60,000 bases of DNA from Botryllus schlosseri (lineage: Eukaryota): assembly GCA_051294905.1 (NCBI GenBank), contig CM119371.1, positions 35,838,001-35,898,000 on the forward strand. The letters run 5' to 3'. The position numbers were made by a program, and so were the translations under genes. Under the pieces are notes generated by a model. It did no database searches, was not told where the DNA came from, and worked only from the letters and a program-made list of their open reading frames with translations. This document shows, one piece after another, positions 50,726 to 60,000 of the stretch; position 1 is the stretch's first letter; every line of letters begins with the position of its first letter.

Positions 50726-53513
50726 TCATAAAACAGAGAAGCTTGTTGGATTGAAACCCAAATTTTTGTCTCCCATCAGAACATACTGTAAAATTGACAG
50801 TATCTGGAAAACTTTTGGATATGCGGGGTCACAAACATAATAACACGCGAGAAGATCCAGCACCATCTCGAATGGTTTTGCTTTATTGTGAGACGATCCC
50901 TTTATGCGGATGCCATTCGCCACGATCCATGACTGCAAGTCACCATTTTCATGGTGCGCTAGTACGAGATGTCGAGGACTCAGCTTTGTGGCCGTTAATT
51001 GGACTGAATGGGCCTGGAATTGAAAGAAATATGTTAAGTAAAATTATATTGCCAATAATCCATGTGTGAATCGAAAGCACAAGATTTAGATTATGTAGAA
51101 TTGCCTTTATGGGACTTCTGCATAATGCATATTGAATAAAAATAGAGCTGAATAGGTCAATATAGGTTTTTGGTTTAACTCACGGAAACAAGTGATGGCA
51201 AATTCTGTCGTCACGACATGCTGTCTAGTCGTTGACATGTATGGGTTTTTCCACATAATCATAAGTTTACTAACCTTTAATGATCCATTCAGATTTGATC
51301 AGTATACCATCATACAGGTTCCTTTTGGAACGGCACAAGTATTATGTTCACATTCACTGATTCTATGCACTATATCCATGGTAGCCATCCTCATGGACTC
51401 GAAGTCAGGAAAACCAAAAATTACATTAGCAGCAGAAATGATTTTCCGTGGCGTGGGACGAAAACAAATTTACACCAGCTCATTCTAACTTAGATTTATA
51501 GCCTTATCAAAAATAATGATGTAATTGAAAAGCATTTAATAATCATTTATTTTTGGAGGCCTTCTTTCAGTTCGAGTGTTTATTGCACCGTCATACCGTA
51601 AACAGCGTCAATCAAAACATAGGCCTACCATATTTTCAGCACCCAAAAACAAAATGTGGCACACGTCTGAGCTCAACAGACCCCGAATTAGAACACATGT
51701 TTGTGGCGCAACTTGGAAATTAACAGACCCCCGAATTAGAACTAACTCAACATGCGCGCATGTTAAGCCATAAAATTTTCAAACAACTAGCTGTACTTTT
51801 GTGACGGTCTGTTAAGTTCAAACTTGTGCCAGATAGTGGCATGCAAAACGTCCAAGGTGTTACGGAAAACGCCGAACAATGTTTGCCGAAAAATCAGGAC
51901 AAGAGTCGAAATCAGTACAAATCTGACAAATCAGGACGTTATGGTACATCTATGTTCATTGTTCACACAGTTCCAGGTTAATCAAGCAGCAAATCCTACA
52001 TCTCACCTGATAAAGCGTTATCGCCCTCAAATCCTGTTGTGATTCTCAATTTCAGTTACTGCATTTCGTAACTCCCTCTGGAGCATAACCGCAGCGGCTT
52101 GTTTTCCCTACAAATAAATATAAAGTAGAAGATTTGGTTGAAGGACATTCCACTTATTGCATTCCCGTTGATATGAAGGCAAGAGTTCTGACACAACAAT
52201 ATTTAATATATAAAATTGCAACAAAAATAAACAGGATTATCCCAATTAATAAATTCATTCTAGAATAGTTAAATAATACTAACCTCTTCATCTGTCTCTA
52301 GCTCTACTCCAAATATTTCGTCAGGAGTAGCAAGTATTTCCTTCGACACTCCTCGGAACGAACATATGAAACCCCGCTCTGATCTATTACAAAGGCAAAG
52401 TGTTACTATAAAAGCAGCTATGTAGTGAGCTAAGCATGCACATTAGGGTTGTTCAAAAAAAACTTTTTTTTCCAAATCTCACTCGTCTAGTGACTAAATC
52501 GTCAGGTTGTCCAAGAAAACGATGCACACGAAATTTGACTCAATTCCAACCAGTAACGGCCGTGCAATCTTGAATTGAAATTTTTAAATTATTATTAAAA
52601 ATAAAAAAATAAAAATTCTCAAATTTTTCTGTCAACCCCATGAAATTGTTGAGCTGTCTTCAAAGACGATGCAAAGGAAATTTGAGTCAATTCCGACTTG
52701 TACAAGCGAAGTTATTCGAGTTTTTCGTTGATAATTCTCGGATTATCCTTGATCTGCAGATTATCAACGAAAAACTCAAATAGTTCCGCTTCTACTGGTC
52801 GGAATTGACTCAAATTTCCTTTGCATCGTCTTTGAAGACAGCTCAACAATTTCATGGGGTTGACAGAAAAATTTGAGAATTTTTATTTTTTTATTTTTGA
52901 TAATAATTTAAAAATTTCAATTCAAGATTGCACGGCCGTTACTGGCTGGAATTAAGTCAAATTTGGTGTGCATCGTTTTCTTGGACAACCTGACGATTTA
53001 GTCACTAGGCGAGTGAGATTTGGAAAAAAAAGTTTTTTTTGAACAACCCTAATGCACATTGCACACACACTTCTATGTGTTATATAGAGGGAACTTGATA
53101 TGAATATAATAAGATTCATTTCACTGGATAATATTAACAATAATTATTATAATAGGTTCATGAATGAAATATCATGTTTTCAACCAATGAAAATGTCATG
53201 TAATTGGAAAAACAAGTGAGTCAACTCCAAAGCAAGATATATATAACTTGGTCAAGAATTCTAGTTGTAAACCCATATTGCATCAAGTTAGAGGATTAAC
53301 TGACATTCTGAAACTCAGTTTCGATGTTACTGCAAGTTGATCTAAAAGGCAATCTACCAATATTTCTCACACTGCTGCTTGCTGTAAGAACCCTCTTGAC
53401 AACATACCGGTAATCATAACATATCGCATGTTGATATTCTTGAACGAATTACCTTCAATTATTAAAGCAATGTGTTCTCTCGTAATGCCGTACGCAATCA
53501 ACATTTTCTTCAT
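50726..53513 (-). pseudogene. Intron-containing SAM-domain / SAMD3-like pseudogene, copy B
   Basis: Exons 53453-53513 (MKKMLIAYGITREHIALIIE), about 53273-53341, 52284-52383 and 52007-52107 (frameshifted), and 50726-51013 (open: AHSVQLTATKLSPRHL...DLLACYYVCDPAYPKVFQILSILQYVLMGD); same splice positions as copy A. Confidence 0.75.
52444..53051. mobile_element. Near-perfect palindromic hAT MITE, 608 bp
   Basis: TAGGGTTGTTCAAAA...TTTTGAACAACCCTA; arms of about 290 bp around a loop of about 24 nt; exact TSD ATGCACAT. Confidence 0.92.
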
Positions 53514-54090
53514 TCCTTCCGCTATGATGAGATTAGCGACACGTTCATCCACATCCACAAAGTCACTGTACTGCGAGCTGCGACCTGTCGCTCCATTTAA
53601 ATTTGACCCTTTGACCGTGACTGAGTTCCCGCCGTTACCGAGAGATGTGAAGCGTGAATGAGAGAGAGAGAGAGAGAGAGGGATAGCAATAGAGAAATAC
53701 AGAGATGTTAATTCAGTCAACAGTCAAAAGCAGAATGCACTGATAATAGCCAGGTAACACCAACGATTACTAAACAAAGTACTTCAAAATTACATGGTGA
53801 TGACAATGATTGATTGATTGATTGATTTCTTCATTGCTATACTGCTGATATATCAATGATCAATAATGAGGAAACGCAATATAATGGAAGTCATAGTCAA
53901 GTCAGACAATCATGTGGTTGTAACAATGATATATATAATTGGGTTGAAATGATCAATTTCTTCTGCCAGTTTGGTAGGTAAATAAAATGAGAAGAGAAAC
54001 GTTCACAAAATCTAGTAAATGCAAGAAAGCGACACACTAAAATAATGGAGCGACATTGATGAAACAGCAGTCCACTTCATGGCTCCTGAG

Positions 54091-54286
54091 CAACGTGCCC
54101 TTTTAGGTACGCATGTGTGCAATTGATTTGAGCTGACACGGTCTCTGCTCACATAAATTATAAGTTGCGCACAAAAAATCCGAAGAGATGACCTTTTTTT
54201 TAGTGGTTACGCACTGTTGTCCATGGGACCGCGCAGTGAATAGGTGAGCGCTTGCTGCAGACTCGTCAAAATTAGAGGTAACATTG
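54091..54286. mobile_element. hAT MITE (CAATGTTCCCTC family, decayed)
   Basis: caacgtgccctttta...tagaggtaacattg; TSD ctcctgag / cttctgag. Confidence 0.75.
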
Positions 54287-55662
54287 CTTCTGAGCTATAT
54301 GTAAACGGGGCTAAAAGCACGCATTACTTACACGAGAGTCGTTATTACCGTTCAACATCTATTATAGAAATGCTGCATCATTTGAGAATCTATATCTTGC
54401 AGCTTAATTCCTCCCCTGCAAATAACCCAGCGGGAGCAAACGGACCCCAGGGTCATTGGGTTTACCGATGACGTCATGATCGGCACACGAGTGTACCGTA
54501 ACTTACCCTGGATGATCTGGTCATTTACCAGTGACATTACGATTACATTTCAGCAGCGTTTCCAGCGTCGACCTCACAATCCCTCTCAATCTTACTGATC
54601 TCACAACTCGTGCGGCGACTTACCGGACTATTAAAATGTATACGTAAACTCTTTCATAGTGATCAAAGCCGGCGGTAGATGATAAGATGAGAGCAGAAGC
54701 ACATATTTCGTAACTTTATCTGATGAAGTGTGGACTTGCACATATTATGACACCACTTCGGCGAAAGATTTGGGTCGACTTTATGTGTTTGTCCCATATT
54801 GCATCTTTGAATGCACAATTTTGTGTCGAAATCGATGCTTTCGATTTAGAGTGTAGGGTTTCTCTGAGCTAATATCAAGGGATCTCTGGAGGTAAAGAAA
54901 CATACCTCACTCGCACATATGACATGCGATGATACGGCCGTCTTGGCCATCATATTGGTTGCAGGTAAATAGGCATGACCAGTAGGCCTAGTCGATTTGT
55001 CACTTTTGTGATGGTACGCCGTGTGCAGTGGCGTATAGGCAGGAGAGGTGGGGTTTCGACATAGTAACCCAGTCCTTCTGAAAAGCCAATTCCATCTCCG
55101 AAATTTATAAGCTCACTGGTAAATAAGCAATGTGTATTCATGCTATTGCGTTTTGACCGCATTTCAAAACTGGTATCTTAACTGAACAGTAAAAGTGGCA
55201 CTGATTCGTAATAGATATTCCTTATGATGCTGTCGTTTTATGTGAAAATTAAAATTTATTGACTTTGTTCTTTTGGGAATCTGTTGATACCGTTAATTTC
55301 TCACGCCAGCATTATAAATCAACGTATTAGATGTGTATTGTGATTATGTTTGTCATTTTACCTCAACGAAAATTTGGGGTTACGCGAAGGCTTGCAGATT
55401 GATGTAGGTATATTCCCGGGGTTATCAAATGAGAACGAACACAACTTTATATATAATGTCAATACAACTTGCAAATCAAGTTTGATTTGATATTCATGTA
55501 AAGTTGGATGGTGAGACAAAATATCATTATTTGAATTAGGCGTGGTAGGGAAGTGTTTGGTAACCAATCAACTATAGTACAAGAAACGGAAAACGAATTT
55601 GTCAAAATATAGTAATGATTATGCCAACAAAAATGTACAATTTTCACCGCAAATATGACAGG

Positions 55663-55856
55663 CAATGTTCCCTCTAAGCTGCGCACGTGCGCAAATGCGC
55701 AGTGCTTTCACGGTCTCTGCGCACAGAAAATCCAAGTTGCGCGGAAAAAATCTGAAGTGATGACCTTTTTTATAGTCGTTACGCACTGATTTCCTGGGGT
55801 CTGCGCAGTGAGTTGGCGAGTTTGCGCAGACTTGTAAAAAATTAGAGGGAACATTG
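55663..55856. mobile_element. hAT MITE (CAATGTTCCCTC family)
   Basis: TIRs CAATGTTCCCTCTAA...TTAGAGGGAACATTG; TSD atgacagg / atgatagg. Confidence 0.88.
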
Positions 55857-55931
55857 ATGATAGGTACAATTCGAAGTAGCGCAGCGTGTGTGAGCGAAGG
55901 AATTTGTAATCGTATCGTAGATATGTACAAT

Positions 55932-57561
55932 CTATATCTTCACAATAGCAGATTTGTAAATTTCAAAACATTGCTCTGAATTTGGTTTCACTCTAATCCA
56001 TTTGTCATTTGATATATCGTACTTTTCAAAAACATTGGAGGTTTCGAAATCTGATACTGTAAAAATCCAGTTGTCAATGTGATAAGCAGAAACATAATCA
56101 TGTCCAGCATTCATAGAAGACAATGAAGTCCACTGAGCGGAAGGAACATCATAACATTCTACATTGTGTAATTTTTCCCCTCTCCTCTTTCCACCGATCA
56201 CAAATATCTTTGCGTTTACTGCAACAACACCACTCTTGCACAGGGGAAATCTCATTGGTTGGAGGTCAACCCACTCTGAGGAGGATGGAGTGAATCTGCA
56301 GAATGAAGAAACGGTGGTACCATCTTTTTCTCTACCTCCGATACAATAGATGGAATTGTGCAATGATACAAGACTTGCATATTTAATTGCTGTAGGTTTG
56401 TCTTTCAGTTGAACCCATCGATTTGCGGAGGAATGAAATGTCTCCACAGCCCGCGATGTATTCGGCGAACTTCCTCCGATGACGAATATAGACCCTGACA
56501 AGGAGACTGAGCGGGGATATTCACCGTGGTCGCTAATCATATCATTCATAGTTTCCCATTTTGAATTTCTGATCTGAAAGTTTAGTCGGTGGACTGATTT
56601 ATCCTGACATAGAACATAAATGTATAAGTCGTTAGCAACGGTACCGAAACGTTTCAAATGCTTGAACTTTTCATCATGGAACTTCTCTAGTTCCTCAATT
56701 ATTGTATTGAAGGATCGGATACAATCCGCGTCATCATCAAAAAGAATTATTGATTCATGTTTGTCAATTTCTTCCTCCGTTTTTTTCCGGTCTCCTCGCA
56801 GCTTTCAGAAGATGCTGATTGATGAATTTGTATAACGCCAAGTCGTTGCTGATAATTGAATCAGTTTCCAACAGATGCTGCAAAAATGCCGCGGAGATTT
56901 CATCGAATTTTATTACTTCAAGACATTCATGAAAATTCAATTTCTTATTCTGATTATACTCAATCCACTTTAGAGAAAGGATTAGCTTATTTTTGTCGCA
57001 TATTTTGGAGGTCCTGGACTTCAAAATTGCGAGAATGTGGTTTTTCCCAACATTTCCAAATTCAGGTTGGTTTGAGATTTCCATGATATTTTCATGAAAG
57101 AATACTTCGCATTTCGCGGAAACAGTGTTCAGCCCATACATATCCGCAACAGTCCTCGTAGAGAAATAATTGTCTACAGTAATTGATTCCTCTAAAATAT
57201 CAGAAACTGCATGTTTCACATCTTCCAACTGCATAAGAATTGCGACGTGAAGAAGATCGGTTATATTTTCATCATAAATCTCAAATTTACCCGAATATAT
57301 AAAATCAATACAGTTTTTGACACATTCCGAATCCACATCTTTGAAAACGACTCTTCCTTCACGACTTTCTTTCGTGTCGTGTTTCAACATGGCCTTGAAA
57401 TAATCCGAACCAGCCGACAATACATTTTTGTGGGTGCGATAGACATCATCTCCGACTTGAACTATGAAATCACAATGATTATTTTCCAGTTTCATTTGAT
57501 GCAATTCTTCCATCATCTTCACTGCATGTTTCTCTACACTAGGACATATCACGTGCACCAT
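55932..57561 (-). pseudogene. Kelch-like paralogue with a single +1 frameshift (recent pseudogene or assembly error)
   Basis: ORFs 56764-57561 and 55932-56657 are collinear with 41429-43057; span 1630 versus 1629 nt; removing one base from the T7 run at 56780-56786 restores a 542-aa ORF. Confidence 0.85.
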
Positions 57562-57649
57562 GATTAACGGTTATAAATTATATACTTGATGTAGGGCTGT
57601 CATAACAAGTTATCACAGGTAATATAAAATGACGCCCAAGCATATAAGC

Positions 57650-57720
57650 CAGGGGTGTCAAACTTAAATTGCGTCGCGGGCCGGATTCAAGCCTTGAAAT
57701 CGTTCGCTGGCCGGATCAGT
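57650..57720. mobile_element. Left end of a Charlie-like hAT MITE
   Basis: CAGGGGTGTCAAACT...gcgggccggat; begins where homology with the kelch-1 upstream region (catataagc) stops. Confidence 0.6.
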
Positions 57721-57947
57721 CAACTGATTCCAAAATAATACCTCATGTCATTGCTTCGCACTCGAATATTATAATACATCAAGTATAGGCCTATAAAGAT
57801 ACTACACGTAGGGTTACATTTAAAACAAAAATCAGTTAAAAACAAACATGTTTAAAACGTGTTTTTATTGTCATTTATTGTTTTGTTTTTAAGCCATGAC
57901 AGTAGTTAGTATGATCGCTCGTGGTATTCAATTGTTTCTTATGGGCC

Positions 57948-58230
57948 TGCTCGACCGGTGCCGCGAAACTCGTGTTGAACCGGTGACCCTTTTGACCCCC
58001 ATCCCCCCTTTCGCTCGACCGGTGCCTGGGTTAGTATAGGCATCTCTCGCACGGTAACCCTTTTCGGTATAGGGATAGCTCAACCAGTACCTCGAAACTC
58101 GTGTTGAACCAGTGACCCTTTTGACGCCGCTTTCGCTTAACCGGTGCCTGGGCTACTGTAGGCATCTCGAATTGGGATCGCTCAACCGGTGCCGCGTATT
58201 TACAGACCCCGTATCGCTCAACCGGTGCCA
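57948..58230. repeat. GC-rich array of gctc(g/a)accggtgcc motifs
   Basis: About 8 motif copies; block cgaaactcgtgttgaacc(g/a)gtgacccttttgac repeated at about 57964 and 58093. Confidence 0.65.
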
Positions 58231-59478
58231 TTGTTTCTGGCCGAGCTCGTGACCTGCCTGTCATGTATTCTTACGCGATCTCTGGTGATTCGCCATGTGT
58301 TCTTATGGTTGCGTTGGCATGTCGTACTTTCGGGTATAGGCATCTCTCCACCGGTGTTGAATATGTATCAGGTATGGTAAATAGTCACGTGATTGGTCCT
58401 TAGTTAATGTGTATATTCCAAATTATTATATATGACCGATTCCAGGTAATCCTAACGTTAACGTTGAATGCGACTTCAATATATCGTTATTCTTGTGGAC
58501 GCGGCGACATGGTAACGTAGCTGATATATACCTGGCATTATGATAGCGTTACGGTATAGGGATCGGTCACACGGTTCTACATGAATACGTCATAGTTTAA
58601 TCGTGACAAATGGCCGATCGACTCAAGTCTTTTCTCGCTGTCTATTCATTCGTATGTAACCTGAATAGTACACCGAGATTCACCCTGGATTATTCACACC
58701 TTCCATACCACTGTTCCGCACCTACAGAATAGTCTGCTGTTCACAGTCGCGAAAAGAATCACAAGTCAGACATAGCGACCGCTCGTGACTTTCTGTTACA
58801 TACACACCGATCGCTCACAATGTAATATTTTGGTAATCAGTATGTCGCAGAACTGGATTTCACTGGTAAGATTTAATAAGTAAAGAATAACAGAGCCGTC
58901 GCAGACGGTGCTTCGAATACCGACAAATTCTCACTTATTTCTGATCCAACCCTAATCCTTTGCGAAGTTGACGCTTATTCAAAAATGTGTGAAATAATCG
59001 GAGAACCCTACGTCGCTGACAGGACAATGCATCAGACAAAGCGAGCCAGTTATAGCACGTTGTTGGAATCCATTCAGTAAACCCATAAAACCGCGCATTA
59101 TACACCTACAGCTCATCTGCTGAGTTCTGCAATACGAGGGACGACATGAATCGCGCATGTAATAAGTTAATCATTGATTGATATATTTAAGATCGAACAA
59201 TGCTGTCACCTTTAGCAAACAGTCAATGTATGCTGCGTAGAAGAGTAATTTACAGAGACTAGATTGACTTTCATTGTGTTAAAACGCTAAAAATCATACA
59301 AATGTAACGTGCTTCAAAAACGAGCTGCACTTTTCATTTTTTCAATTCGCATTGTACCAATGGTAACAATAACAAACTATGATGTATACGGGCATACGGT
59401 ACTATAGTAGCTGCACAATTTGTAAATAAACAGTTACACACACGGAAAGAACACGCAGTAATGAGAATTTTGTAGGTT

Positions 59479-60000
59479 TTAAAGGAAATATTTTTCTCTA
59501 CATAAAATAGGTTTGTTCAACTGAATAATAGTAGAATCCACCACTTTTACATGAAACAAAGACCTACCACGCGCAATGACAATGAACATATTGTCATCAT
59601 AGTGCTGTGCACAGGCGAGGTTTTCACTCAAATGCTGACCAATTGACGGAGGATATGCTTGGTAATCGTCATAGCAGTCTGTTTTGGCAGCCAATTTGCA
59701 CTGACGTGCGAGCTCCGTGCGATCATTTGCGCATGTTTTTGATCGACCCAATTTTGAGATATATTGCTTAATACGCTTAATCAATATTTGAGATGTACGT
59801 CCTTCCCTCAAATTTGTACAAGTCTCCACGTCCGTCGGGATCGCAGCGGCCGCGTATGTACGGTTTACCGAAAACACATAAAGATAACGTAGTTCTTCGC
59901 CCCATATTGTCTATGTCTGGATCGGCACAACATAATTTAGCTAAATGGCTTAACACCGTCATTGAACCAGTTCGATCCTTGCATACGCACCATCATGGCC
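59479..60000 (-). mobile_element. Degenerate Penelope-like retroelement, GIY-YIG endonuclease end
   Basis: GRTSQILIKRIKQY...SIGQHLSENLACAQHYDDNMFIVIARGRS...IIQLNKPILCREKYF resembles the C-terminus of Penelope GIY-YIG domains; catalytic residues decayed. Confidence 0.7.

Larger units (their letters stand above)
48827..54853. mobile_element. CACTA/EnSpm-like non-autonomous element B (6027 bp) carrying a SAM/SAMD3-like pseudogene
   Basis: TIRs CACTCTAAAT...ATTTAGAGTG with TA on both sides; subterminal motifs tgcagagctc(a/g)aaatt and tgcacaat(t/g)ttgtgtc shared with element A. Confidence 0.8.

Noticed and set aside
53367..53720. 117-aa ORF as a standalone gene
   Set aside because: It reads through a (GA)n microsatellite; only 53453-53513 is homologous to the SAM-like exon of copy A.
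56779..56786. A_AAA_AAC slippery heptamer suggesting programmed -1 frameshifting in kelch 2
   Set aside because: Restoring the ORF needs a +1 shift, not -1, and paralogue 1 has no such site.

Overview
AT-rich eukaryotic (invertebrate animal) genomic DNA with GT-AG introns. The features are compatible with a tunicate, but that cannot be proven from this window. Host genes I can support: (1) the 5' part of a minus-strand multi-exon gene of unknown function (1-8660) with two candidate alternative first exons; (2) a three-exon plus-strand gene (28636-36734) for a 132-aa single-pass membrane protein that the ORF track misses; (3) two intronless BTB-BACK-Kelch paralogues (41429-43057 intact; 55932-57561 with one extra base in an A7 run); (4) a tRNA-Thr(CGT)/tRNA-Ser(AGA) pair only 3 nt apart, a decayed copy of that pair, and two tRNA-Pro pseudogenes. 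Most of the rest is DNA-transposon derived. An 18.7-kb nested stack (9506-28225, perfect 8-bp TSD) separates genes 1 and 2. Two related CACT-terminated (CACTA/EnSpm-like) elements, 10298-22932 and 48827-54853, have no visible transposase but each carry a decayed intron-containing SAM/SAMD3-like gene. There are also many hAT MITEs with 8-bp TSDs, palindromic MITEs, a tRNA-derived SINE and a Penelope-like fragment. All calls were read by eye without alignment or database searches; family names come from remembered motifs and need confirmation.
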